A stretch of DNA of 64,000 nt from Betaproteobacteria bacterium Ga0077532 (lineage in GTDB: Bacteria > Pseudomonadota > Gammaproteobacteria > Burkholderiales > Ga0077523), in the NCBI GenBank assembly GCA_001464895.1, contig LNEE01000062.1, positions 64,333-128,332 on the forward strand. The letters run 5' to 3'. Within the stretch, counting starts at the first letter, position 1. Every line of letters begins with the position of its first letter. The position numbers were made by a program, and so were the translations under genes. Below are positions 1 to 8,566 of the stretch, piece after piece. The notes beneath the pieces were generated by a model, which saw only the letters and a program-made list of their open reading frames with translations, did no database searches and was not told the origin of the DNA.

Positions 1-111
1 GTGCGTCTTGCCGTTCTCGTCGACCCACTTGAAGAGCTCGGCATGGCCAGCGCCGCTGAACGCGCAGACGGTTGCGAGGGATAAGACGAACAGCACGTAT
101 CGGGTCTTCAC
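1..111 (-). CDS. DUF4124-like exported protein. Only the N-terminal 37 codons are in the window.
   Basis: Reverse-strand reading from GTG (109-111) gives VKTRYVLFVLSLATVCAFSGAGHAELFKWVDENGKTH. This is a signal peptide followed by a KWVDENG-type motif recalled from DUF4124. AGGA lies about 8 nt upstream. It is absent from the ORF track because it runs off the edge. Confidence 0.5.
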   Translation of the reverse strand, partial: MKTRYVLFVLSLATVCAFSGAGHAELFKWVDENGKTH

Positions 112-438
112 GGTGTTTTCCTGCTCCAGGCCTGGGAACGGAGGCGGCGACCACATCACTGCCCCGGGGTGCAAGGGTGCGGACTCGCTGGCACGCCCCC
201 GCTCGGGATCATTCGTTGCAGTCGGGACAACGGCAGCGACACCGGAAACCTTGATCGCGAAACGCCATCGTCCCAACCCTCGGGACGACGGGCGGGAGAG
301 GGTCCAGGGCTGCAGCATGCGCCTGTTGACGAGAAGCCGGGGCCATTGCGGAGCCTGTTCGAAAACGTGACATCCGCAAGGTATCAGCACCATCGGCAAC
401 ACCTGCCCCGTGACAGGGCACGCCAGGCTCCGCGGTGA

Positions 439-1326
439 TCAGAAACGCCGTTCGTCCCAGGCACCCGCGACCGGAAACTGCACGTACTCGAACAGGTTGT
501 CGTTGACCTTCCGCACCGTCGGGCTGCTCTTGAGAACAGTCTCCCGAAGGAGCTTGCCCAGATTGAAGGACACGCCCACATAGCTGAATCGGGCACCGTC
601 TCCGCCGTTCTCGAACCCGCGGGCCCGGTAGCCCAGGGACAACTCCAGATACCGCACGCCAGGCAGGCGATCCAGGCGCTCGAACCCCTCCGCCTTGGTC
701 ACGAAGTAGTAGGTCTGGCCGGCGTAGTCGCTGATCGGCTCCCAGCCGCGCCGCGTGCCGTCCTCGCGGAGCGACGGACTGTAGTGGATACGGAAATCGA
801 ACATGCGATCGAGCTTCGGGTTCTGCTCGAGCAGGATTGCCGCCGCAGCGCCCGCGGTGTTCATGAGGAAATCCTCCGGGCTGAAGCTCCATTTCTTGGA
901 GAACCCATCGATCACCTCGATCCCCGACAGCGCAACGAACGCGGTTCCCGCCCCGAGCCAGATCGCCTTCTCGCGGTCGTGCCCGAGGGATTCGAGACCC
1001 CAGGTGAGCAGCCGGGCCCCGGCGTAGGTGAACATGTAGTGACCCAGCTTGTCCTGGCCGCCGTGCTCGGTGTCGCGTCCGAACGAACCTTCGCGCTCGA
1101 CCTTGAATCTGCCCCCGAAGCCGTCCCCCCACCAGCTCTTCAGGCCGTACAGATAGGTCGCCCCCACGCCGGCACCGATCAGCAGGCGCGTGCGGCGGTC
1201 GAGATCTTCCTGATCCGACTGGGCTACGCGCGGTCGTGGCCCTTCGGCATCGTCCTCCCCCCAGGACGATTGCATCGGAACCAGCATGAAGAGCGCCACG
1301 AGCACTCCGGAGGAACGGCACGCCAT
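439..1326 (-). CDS. DUF2279-like envelope protein (signal peptide, DK..H motif, beta-strand-like C-terminus)
   Basis: ORF 439..1614 is trimmed to the internal ATG (1324-1326), which opens the signal-like MACRSSGVLVALFMLVPMQSS. The upstream 96 codons read through REP repeats. GGQDKLGHYMFTY resembles the YfiM/DUF2279 G-x-DK-x-x-H motif. The family call is tentative. Confidence 0.6.
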   Translation of the reverse strand: MACRSSGVLVALFMLVPMQSSWGEDDAEGPRPRVAQSDQEDLDRRTRLLIGAGVGATYLYGLKSWWGDGFGGRFKVEREGSFGRDTEHGGQDKLGHYMFTYAGARLLTWGLESLGHDREKAIWLGAGTAFVALSGIEVIDGFSKKWSFSPEDFLMNTAGAAAAILLEQNPKLDRMFDFRIHYSPSLREDGTRRGWEPISDYAGQTYYFVTKAEGFERLDRLPGVRYLELSLGYRARGFENGGDGARFSYVGVSFNLGKLLRETVLKSSPTVRKVNDNLFEYVQFPVAGAWDERRF

Positions 1327-1467
1327 CTCAAAAATGCTCCGTCGAAGGCCGGGCGCCCGAATCGCGCCCGCTCGGCGAGGAATCTGCCAGCCGCCGCCTC
1401 CTCCGGCAACCCGGTTGCCCGAAGCAATCGCCCGATGATCCCGTGGAACACGGCGGCCGGAACAGTC

Positions 1468-1628
1468 GCTCTCGCGGGCATGGCCCGCTCCTGCAAGGCC
1501 ATGCCTCGCCCACCAACCGTGATCGAAGCGATGGTGTTGTAGGAGCGGCCCATGGCCGCGAAAGCAGCGGATGCAAGGAAACGTTTCACCCGGAACACTC
1601 GCTCTCGCGGGCATGGCCCGCTCCTACA
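1468..1628. repeat. REP/BIME-like palindromic element cluster: one solo unit plus one ~90-bp composite
   Basis: The unit consensus is TGTAGGAGCGGCCCATGGCCGCGAAAGC, with core hairpin GCGGCC-CAT-GGCCGC. Copies lie at 1468-1495 (reverse), 1538-1565 (forward) and 1601-1628 (reverse). The last two flank a 35-nt spacer homologous (in inverted orientation) to the spacers at 8552-8585 and 16552-16585. Confidence 0.85.
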
Positions 1629-1730
1629 AGAACCTCGCCCGCATCCGCGGCGGGCCAACGGGGGATGTACAAGGTTTGGTACGCCGTGCGCGTCCCCCGC
1701 TGCGGGACCGTGGCGACAACGCGCCATCAC

Positions 1731-2573
1731 TCAGGGATTGCAGCGGCCGCATTCCCCTGGCGCTGCGAGGGCGCGGTCGGTGCGCGCCTTCACGGATCGG
1801 TGGTCGCAGCGCACGCACGTCCACGCCTCGCTGCGGTACACGGTGGTCGGCAGTCCGCAGTCCGCGCATGGAAGACCGGGCTGGCGCTCGGTCGGCCAGT
1901 AGCCCGGGGATCCACAGGCGGGACAACCTGATTGAAGGCGTTGGAGCAGATCGCGCGCCGCCTCTTCGATGCGCTGCATGCGGGTCGGGTTCGCGAATGC
2001 GCGAAGATCCGTCTCGGCGAAGACCCGCTGGTTGTTCGACTGGGCGAGGCACTCCGCGAAGGACGACCGGAGACGTTGCCAGTCCGCGATCCCCTTCTGG
2101 ATGCGTGGATCATCCTGGCTTTGCGGCCGCAGCACGACGTGGTGGTCCGGGAAGTCTTCGCGCACGGCAAACGATTCGATGTCGGCCCAGTCCCCCGTCA
2201 GCACATGTCCGCTACGTGCGGCACCTTGCGCCATCCCCACCACCTCGATACCCAGGCGATCGTCGATCCACACCAGAAGCTCGAGGTTCCAGGGAAACAT
2301 GCCGGTGTACGGGTCGGGACCGAAGCTCCCCTCGCTGGCCATACCCAGCGACAACCCGGACAGCGCCATGCCCGTGCGGGCCTTTCTGCGCGCCGCGTCC
2401 AGTTGGGTGCCGGGTCGTGGCGTGTCCCGCGTGAAGGTGCCGAGCTGGTCGGTGTCGAACCCGGTCACATGGTGGATCCGGCAATCGAGGCCGGGCTCCA
2501 GGACGGGCGCGATGATCCTCTCCTTGCCGTGCTGGGTCAGCAAGGCAACCATCTCGCCTGCACAGGTGTACAT
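1731..2573 (-). CDS. Conserved hypothetical protein with a C-terminal double zinc ribbon (possibly DUF6671-like)
   Basis: ORF 1731..2648 is trimmed to the ATG at 2571-2573 (MYTCAGEMVALLTQHGKERI...). The C-terminus carries four CxxC pairs: CPAC, CADC, CVRC, CGRC. The family name is from memory and tentative. Confidence 0.6.
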   Translation of the reverse strand: MYTCAGEMVALLTQHGKERIIAPVLEPGLDCRIHHVTGFDTDQLGTFTRDTPRPGTQLDAARRKARTGMALSGLSLGMASEGSFGPDPYTGMFPWNLELLVWIDDRLGIEVVGMAQGAARSGHVLTGDWADIESFAVREDFPDHHVVLRPQSQDDPRIQKGIADWQRLRSSFAECLAQSNNQRVFAETDLRAFANPTRMQRIEEAARDLLQRLQSGCPACGSPGYWPTERQPGLPCADCGLPTTVYRSEAWTCVRCDHRSVKARTDRALAAPGECGRCNP

Positions 2574-2823
2574 CGAGTCCACTCCAGCCCCACGGGCGGC
2601 CACTGACACGGGGCATATCCTAGCGCCACCGGACCCTCCGGCCGGCACGACACGAGGGTCGGCCTTGCGGCCGATGGGTCAGGTCTTGCCATCCCGGACC
2701 GATGGATCGCAGGCTGGGTCAGGTACGCGGAGGAAGCGCCGAGCACCGGGCCGAAGCGGATACCATCGGCGAATCCCGGGCGCAGTCGATGGCGCCCCCC
2801 GCTTTCGGCCGGAGCATCACCAG

Positions 2824-3945
2824 GTGTCCCATTCGTCACGTCCCTCGCTGCAGCAACCGTTCCGCGCCAGGCGCTTGACCCGCGTCGTGGTCAGCCTGGC
2901 GGCGGCCGTGCTTCTGCCGGCGCCCCTGACGGCGTCGGACCCGGATCCACGCCTTGGTCTGCCGCCCATCGTCCTGAGCAGGGAACCGGGCGATCCCGCC
3001 CTCCAGATCGCGCTGGGCCGGAAGCTCTTCATGGAGCCGCAGCTGGCGGAGGACGGCACGATGGCCTGCGGCACGTGCCACATCCCCGAGCACGGGTTTG
3101 CGCTGAATGGGCCCGCGGTCGCGTTCGGGCGTGGCGGGCGGACCCTGCGGCGGAACTCGCCGACGATCCTCAACGCGGCGCTCGCGACGTCGCAGTTCGT
3201 CGACGGCCGGATGAAGACGTTGGAGGAACAGATCTGGGGCCCGCTGCTCGCCGTCGACGAGGCATGGAATCCGACGGTGCAGGATGTCGTGGGGCGCCTG
3301 CAGGGTCGCGCGGATTATCGCGATGCCTTTCGCGCCGCCTTCGCTGGGCGGTCCGTGAATCAGCGTCTGATCGGCGCCGCACTGGCGGCGTACGAGCGCA
3401 GCATCGCAGTCGGCGGATCGCGGTTCGATCTGTGGAAGTACGCGGGGAACGGCACGGCGCTGAACGATGATGAGCGCGCCGGGTTCGACGTGTTCCGCGC
3501 GAGCGGTTGTGGCGGGTGTCACACGGTCCGCGACGACTACGCGGCCTTCACCGACAACACCTTCCGCAATACCGGCATCGAATGGGCGCGGGTGCACGGG
3601 CGGCTCGGTGCGCGTAAGGAGACCCCCGACCACGGACGCTTCGAAGTCACGGCTCGCGAATCGGACCGCCATGCCTTCCGCGTGCCATCGTTGCGGAATG
3701 TTGCCCTCACCGCGCCCTACATGCACGACGGTTCGCTCGCGACGCTGGAAGAGGTCGTCGACTGGTACGACGGTGGTGGTGGCGGCGACCCGGAGCGCGA
3801 CCGCGCATTGAAACCGCTGGGGCTGGACGACACGGCGAAGCGTCAGCTGGTCGCCTTCCTCCGGACATTGACGAGTGGTGAAGTGGAGCGACTGGCGCGC
3901 GAAGCGCGCGCGAGCGCGGGGGCGTTCCGGGAACGGAAGCTGTAG
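2824..3945 (+). CDS. Di-haem cytochrome c peroxidase (CCP/MauG family)
   Basis: This is the C-terminal part of ORF 1969..3945. It has two CxxCH haem motifs (MACGTCHIPEHGF and GCGGCHTVRDD) and the typical PSLRNVALTAPYMHDGS. GTG at 2824 precedes a signal-like RRLTRVVVSLAAAVLLPAPLTA. The exact start is uncertain. Confidence 0.85.
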   Translation: MSHSSRPSLQQPFRARRLTRVVVSLAAAVLLPAPLTASDPDPRLGLPPIVLSREPGDPALQIALGRKLFMEPQLAEDGTMACGTCHIPEHGFALNGPAVAFGRGGRTLRRNSPTILNAALATSQFVDGRMKTLEEQIWGPLLAVDEAWNPTVQDVVGRLQGRADYRDAFRAAFAGRSVNQRLIGAALAAYERSIAVGGSRFDLWKYAGNGTALNDDERAGFDVFRASGCGGCHTVRDDYAAFTDNTFRNTGIEWARVHGRLGARKETPDHGRFEVTARESDRHAFRVPSLRNVALTAPYMHDGSLATLEEVVDWYDGGGGGDPERDRALKPLGLDDTAKRQLVAFLRTLTSGEVERLAREARASAGAFRERKL

Positions 3946-4004
3946 ATCGATTCGATCGGAGGGTGGCGAGGAGCGATCGCCCCTCGCCGGACATCGACTA
4001 CGCG

Positions 4005-5408
4005 TCAGCTACGACGACGGCGCAGCGCACCGCCGATCAGGCCGAGACCACCCAGCATCAGCGCCCACGTACCCGGCTCGGGGACCGGCTGGCTCAGCGA
4101 GAGCATGATGAACTCGTTGTTGTCGGACACACCGAACGCCCGCCCCGCGCTGCCCGGATAGTTGTTGTCGTTCAGCACGAGCAGCGTGTTCGCATCGACC
4201 ACCAGCACGCTCTCGATCGTGACGAAGGGGAAGTTGAACGTGGTCTTGCCGTCGCCGTTGAGGTCGTGCGGATCCGCGATGTTCATGAGGTCCACGACTT
4301 CGGTCTTGCGCACGAAGCCTTCGGCATCGAGATCACCGATGTCGACCATGAAGATCTTCTTGAACTGGGCGGGGTTGGTGAACGCGGGAATCGTGGGGTC
4401 GCCCTGGCGGTTGTCGCGCTCGATGACGAGGAAGCGGCGGTCGTCGATGGCCGTCATGTCGCCGATGGCGCTGCCGGCCGGATCGAGGCGGTAGCCGAAC
4501 GTGTTGCCCGTGTACTGCTCGGTGGCGAGGTCGAACTCGCTGATGAGCAGCCGGAGCCTGTCCGGATCCGTGGTGAGCGGGCGCTCCAGGAGCGGATACA
4601 GCATCGTCCCGCTGGCGTTGATGGCCATGCCCTCGAAGCCGCCGGAGCCAGGCAGGTTCGTCGTGCCCTGCGGGTTCGGGTTCTGCGGCGCCTGCACGAT
4701 GGGGTTGCTGCCGAAGTTGACGGGGTTGCCGCCGACATTCGTGGGCAGCGGCAGCGGGATCTCGGCGCGCAGCACCTTGCCGGTCGCGTCGGTCTTCACG
4801 AGATACGGTCCGAACTCCTCGCCGAACCAGAGGTTGCCATTGCGGTCCTGGCGGACGGATTCGAGATCGAGGTCATAGCCGGTGAGCAGCCGGTCGTTGG
4901 CAATCGGCGCCGCCACCGGAATCGAGTTCGCGCCGTTCGGATAGTTCGCGAACGAGGCCGAGATGGGGAACCCCAGCTTCTGGTCCGGATCGCGCAACTG
5001 GATGAAGCTGTCGCCGGTGAAGCCCGGCAGCGCCGCCCCGTTGGTGTAACCCACCGGTGCCACGGTGCCCGTGCCGCCGGCGGCCGTGCGGAAATCGGGC
5101 TTCACGGCGAACATGCGCAGGATCGTATCGGCCGAATTCGTCTTCGCGCCGAAACCGTTGTCCTGCATCACGCGATACGTGCCGGCCGTGGGGCCGTTGA
5201 GCACCGCGGAGAAACCCTGCACGGGCTGACGGTCGATCAGCGGAAGCGCGTTGCCATTGGCACTGTTCGCGAACTGACCGGACGTCGGCCCGTCGGCGAA
5301 CGTGTTGGCGTGCAGCGAAGCGAATCCGATCAGCGTGGTGTCGGCTGTTGCCGGTCCGGCAAGTGCCAGGCCGATGGCGATGGCGAGCGGTGTTCTCAAT
5401 GCATTCAC
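4005..5408 (-). CDS. Phytase-like (esterase-like activity of phytase family) secreted protein with a PEP-CTERM anchor
   Basis: ORF 4005..5702 is trimmed to GTG (5406-5408) behind GGAG, giving the signal peptide VNALRTPLAIAIGLALAGPATA. The C-terminus VPEPGTWALMLGGLGLIGGALRRRRS is a canonical PEP-CTERM sorting signal. Confidence 0.8.
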   Translation of the reverse strand: MNALRTPLAIAIGLALAGPATADTTLIGFASLHANTFADGPTSGQFANSANGNALPLIDRQPVQGFSAVLNGPTAGTYRVMQDNGFGAKTNSADTILRMFAVKPDFRTAAGGTGTVAPVGYTNGAALPGFTGDSFIQLRDPDQKLGFPISASFANYPNGANSIPVAAPIANDRLLTGYDLDLESVRQDRNGNLWFGEEFGPYLVKTDATGKVLRAEIPLPLPTNVGGNPVNFGSNPIVQAPQNPNPQGTTNLPGSGGFEGMAINASGTMLYPLLERPLTTDPDRLRLLISEFDLATEQYTGNTFGYRLDPAGSAIGDMTAIDDRRFLVIERDNRQGDPTIPAFTNPAQFKKIFMVDIGDLDAEGFVRKTEVVDLMNIADPHDLNGDGKTTFNFPFVTIESVLVVDANTLLVLNDNNYPGSAGRAFGVSDNNEFIMLSLSQPVPEPGTWALMLGGLGLIGGALRRRRS

Positions 5409-5616
5409 GATGGAGGCTCCTGGTGTCGGGGTGCGATCGGTCGTGGCGGAACTGCGGCGACGCCCGCGAACACGAGCGAGTCCGCGGCGACTCCACCATT
5501 CGATCGGCATGAAGCGTACGGAGGCCCTGTGACATCGCCGCGGAGGCCCTCTGGTGCGAACGGGGCATGCGGCGTCGGCAACGCGGATGCGGGAGAGCGT
5601 TCGATGCAGCAAGCAC

Positions 5617-6027
5617 TCAGGAGCGGCGGAGGGGGCGACCCGGGTCGAGATGGGCGTCGAGCCACGATGCGAACTCATCTTCGCCCAGCCTCCCGCTGGC
5701 AAGGTCGATGAAGGTTTCGTACTTCTCTTCCTGCGAGGCGTCGACCGTACAGCCGTTCAAGCGCAGGAACAGCATCGACACGACGAAGGCGGTCCGCTTG
5801 TTGCCGTCCACGAACGGATGATTTCGAGCGATCCCGAATGCGTAGGCCGCCGCGAGCTGCGTCAGCGACACCCCACTCTCCGCATACGTGGCCATGTGCC
5901 GGGGACGCGCCAGGGCCGACGACAGGAGACCGGTATCGCGGATGCCGGGAGCACCACCGTGCTCAGCCAACTGGCGTAGATGCACTGCCTCGGCGACGGC
6001 ATCGAGAACCCATATCGGTTCATTCAT
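5617..6027 (-). CDS. doc: Doc (death-on-curing) Fic-fold toxin
   Basis: 136 aa containing HPFVDGNKRTAF, the Doc-type Fic motif. It sits 19 nt downstream of a small AbrB-type antitoxin gene. The patch is lower in GC than its surroundings. Confidence 0.85.
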   Translation of the reverse strand: MNEPIWVLDAVAEAVHLRQLAEHGGAPGIRDTGLLSSALARPRHMATYAESGVSLTQLAAAYAFGIARNHPFVDGNKRTAFVVSMLFLRLNGCTVDASQEEKYETFIDLASGRLGEDEFASWLDAHLDPGRPLRRS

Positions 6028-6046
6028 GCGACCTCCCCGGCTGAAG

Positions 6047-6271
6047 CTACTTCGACAGCTTCCTCAGAACATCGCGGTTCTCGCGCATGACATCCTCAGC
6101 GAGATCCATCTGCGCAGCAAAGTCAGGCGCGTAGGGCGTCAGTTCGATTCCGTTGGGCGTCTCGACGACGTAGAGGCTGTCACCCTTGTCGACACGTAGC
6201 CTGGCCAGCAGCTCCCTTGGCAGGACGACGCCCGCCGAGTTCCCTATGGCAGTGATCTTCAATGTAGTCAT
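6047..6271 (-). CDS. AbrB/MazE/SpoVT-type antitoxin partner of Doc
   Basis: ORF 6047..6352 is trimmed to the ATG at 6269-6271 behind GGGAGG. MTTLKITAIGNSAGVVLPRELLARLRVDKGDSLYV is a swapped-hairpin AbrB-like DNA-binding fold signature. Confidence 0.8.
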   Translation of the reverse strand: MTTLKITAIGNSAGVVLPRELLARLRVDKGDSLYVVETPNGIELTPYAPDFAAQMDLAEDVMRENRDVLRKLSK

Positions 6272-6295
6272 CGCGGACCTCCCTGTTGCGGATGC

Positions 6296-6316
6296 CGTAT
6301 TACAGACGTAATTACG
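6296..6316 (-). promoter_or_regulatory. Putative operator/promoter of the antitoxin-doc operon
   Basis: A perfect 10-bp palindrome CGTAATTACG lies at 6307-6316, with a related half-copy CGTATTAC at 6296-6303. They sit 25-45 nt upstream of the antitoxin start in the only AT-rich patch of this intergenic region. Confidence 0.35.
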
Positions 6317-6396
6317 ATAGTGCATTCGCCCCGTAGCGGCAATCGACACCACTCTCCCGCGATAATCCCGCCTCCACCCACCCAGCTCCTCCCGCC

Positions 6397-7470
6397 ATGG
6401 CCCACATCATCGAAGTCCGCACCACCCCCGTCATCGCGCCCATCCCCCGCCCGGTCAAGACTGCCTCCGGGACGATCGATCGCTTCCCCGTCGTGCTCAT
6501 CGATGTCGTGACGGACGCCGGGATCACGGGTCATGCCTACGCGCAGGTCTACCTGCCCGATCTGCTGCGCTCTCTCGACGAGACGGTGAAGGCGCTCGGC
6601 CGGTACATCACAGGCATGCCGCTCGCGCCGCGCGATCTGCACGCGCATCTGCGGAAGCGACTGCGGCTCTGGGGCGTGATGGGGACGGTGGGCACTGCGC
6701 TCGGCGGGCTCGACATGGCGTTGTGGGATGCGTGGGCGAAGGTGCAGGGGCAGCCGCTGTATGCAGCGCTCGGAGCATCTCCGCGCGCACTGAAGGCGTA
6801 CTACAGCGTCGGCATGTACGACGCGAAGACCGTGCACGAGGTCGCCGACGAATGCGTCGAGCGCGGCTTCGAAGGCCTGAAGATCAAGCTCGGTCTGCCC
6901 ACGCTCGCGGACGACATCGCCGTCGTGCGCGCCGCGAAGCGCATCCTCGGCGACCGCGCGCTGATGGCGGACTACAACCAGTCGCTCACGCCGCTCGAAG
7001 CGATGGCCCGCTGCCGCGCACTCGACGGCGAGGGCCTGACGTGGATCGAGGAGCCCGTGCTCGCGGACGACTTCGCGACGACCGCGGCGCTGGCCGAGGC
7101 GATCGCGACGCCGATCCAGATCGGCGAGAACTTCCACGGCCCCGACGATATGCGCGCCGCCATCGCCGCACGGGCGATGGACCTCGTGATGCCCGACGCG
7201 CAGTTCATACAGGGCGTGACGGGCTGGATGGAGGCCGCGACGCTCGCGCGCCTCGCCGACATCGGCATGTCGTCGCACACGTTCGTCGAGGCGAGCACGC
7301 ACTTGCTGTGCGCGACGCCCACCGCCGACTGGCTGGAACACATGGATGTGGTGGGCAGCCTGCTGGCCGAGCCGTTCCCGCAGGTGAACGGCCGCTTCAC
7401 GCCGCCGGACCGGCCGGGCTGCGGAATGACGTGGGATGCCGCGAAGGTCGAGAAGCACCGGGTGCAGTGA
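6397..7470 (+). CDS. Mandelate racemase/muconate lactonizing enzyme family protein (enolase superfamily)
   Basis: 357 aa with N-terminal capping-domain-like sequence (MAHIIEVRTTPVIAPIPRPVKTASGTI...). Typical barrel segments follow: GFEGLKIKLG, ADYNQS, WIEEP. Confidence 0.85.
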   Translation: MAHIIEVRTTPVIAPIPRPVKTASGTIDRFPVVLIDVVTDAGITGHAYAQVYLPDLLRSLDETVKALGRYITGMPLAPRDLHAHLRKRLRLWGVMGTVGTALGGLDMALWDAWAKVQGQPLYAALGASPRALKAYYSVGMYDAKTVHEVADECVERGFEGLKIKLGLPTLADDIAVVRAAKRILGDRALMADYNQSLTPLEAMARCRALDGEGLTWIEEPVLADDFATTAALAEAIATPIQIGENFHGPDDMRAAIAARAMDLVMPDAQFIQGVTGWMEAATLARLADIGMSSHTFVEASTHLLCATPTADWLEHMDVVGSLLAEPFPQVNGRFTPPDRPGCGMTWDAAKVEKHRVQ

Positions 7471-7555
7471 CCTGGCCGCTGGCGGGCGCTGACGCCCTCG
7501 ATGTCGCGCGACGCACCTGCACGCAGGCTGAGACCACGAACCAAGCTACTCTCCG

Positions 7556-8566
7556 GTGATGTGGATCGGCACCCTCTTCGCGCTCACCGCCGGGCTTCTC
7601 TGGGGCCTGGTGTTCATCGGTCCCCTGCTCCTCCCCGACTACCCCGCCGCGATGCTGTCGTTCGGGCGCTATCTCGCCTTCGGGATCGTGGCACTGCCGA
7701 TCGCGTGGGCCGGTCGGCGTCAGCTCGCCGCGCTCTCCCGCGCCGACTGGATCGAGGCCGGGAAGCTCGTGCTCGTAGGCAACCTGCTCTACTACCTCTT
7801 TCTCGCCAGCGCCATCCAGCGGGCAGGGGCGCCGCTCGTGGCAATGATCATCGGGACGCTGCCGGTGGTGATCGCGATCGCATCGAACATCCGCGACGCG
7901 AAGCGCGACGGCCGGGTGCCGTGGCGGCGACTCGCGCCGTCGCTCGCGCTGATCGCGGCGGGGATCGGGAGCATCCATCACATCGAGTTCATGCGCGTGG
8001 AGACGGCACCCGGCGGTGATCCGCAGCGCTACGCCCTGGGCGCCGTGCTCGCGCTGGGTGGCGTCGCGTGCTGGACGTGGTACCCGCTGCGCAACGCCGA
8101 CTGGATGCGGGCCCACGCCGATCGCGATCCGCGCACGTGGGCCACGGCGCAGGGCATCGCGACGTTGCCGCTCGCGCTTTCCGGATACGCGGGGTTCCTC
8201 GTCGTGGGGCGACTCTCGCAGGGCGCGTGGCCAGCTCCGCTCGGCGCACGGCCGTGGGCGTTCGTCGCGATGATGTTCGCGATGGGTCTGCTGGCGTCGT
8301 GGGTGGGGACCCTGTGCTGGAACGAGGCGAGCAAACGGTTGCCGACGACGGTGGCAGGCCAGCTCATCGTGTTCGAGACATTGGCGGCGTTGGGGTACGC
8401 GCTCGTGCTGCGCGGAACGGTGCCGCCGGTGCTCACGGCGGTGGGGGCGGGGTTGCTCGTGGCAGGGGTGGTGAGCGCGGTGCGGATGCGGGGGAATTCA
8501 CGGGTTGTGGATGAACCACGAACTGTAGGAGCGGCCCATGGCCGCGAAAGCGATCGTTCCGGTTGA
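7556..8566 (+). CDS. DMT superfamily (EamA-like) transporter
   Basis: 336 aa, multi-TM, with two EamA-like halves (MMWIGTLFALTAGLLWGLVFIG...). The last 14 codons and the stop lie inside the REP element starting at 8524. Confidence 0.8.
   Translation: MMWIGTLFALTAGLLWGLVFIGPLLLPDYPAAMLSFGRYLAFGIVALPIAWAGRRQLAALSRADWIEAGKLVLVGNLLYYLFLASAIQRAGAPLVAMIIGTLPVVIAIASNIRDAKRDGRVPWRRLAPSLALIAAGIGSIHHIEFMRVETAPGGDPQRYALGAVLALGGVACWTWYPLRNADWMRAHADRDPRTWATAQGIATLPLALSGYAGFLVVGRLSQGAWPAPLGARPWAFVAMMFAMGLLASWVGTLCWNEASKRLPTTVAGQLIVFETLAALGYALVLRGTVPPVLTAVGAGLLVAGVVSAVRMRGNSRVVDEPRTVGAAHGRESDRSG

Noticed and set aside
112-438. A 327-nt gene-free region between the DUF4124-like and DUF2279-like genes as a possible ncRNA (6S, SRP or a riboswitch)
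   Set aside because: I found only short GC hairpins (for example TGCCC-N7-GGGCA near 403-419 and TCGTCCC-N7-GGGACGA near 268-288) without U-tracts. I recognised no conserved ncRNA motif. It is probably a terminator/promoter region. An Rfam scan would settle it.
1969-2823. Long N-terminal extensions of real genes in the ORF track. Examples are the 658-aa version of the peroxidase, the 850-aa glgC, the 1198-aa glgB, the 904-aa livMG and the 566-aa rlmI.
   Set aside because: The extensions overlap neighbouring genes, translate to low-complexity R/P/A-rich sequence, and precede internal starts that give canonical N-termini or signal peptides. I trimmed them to those starts.
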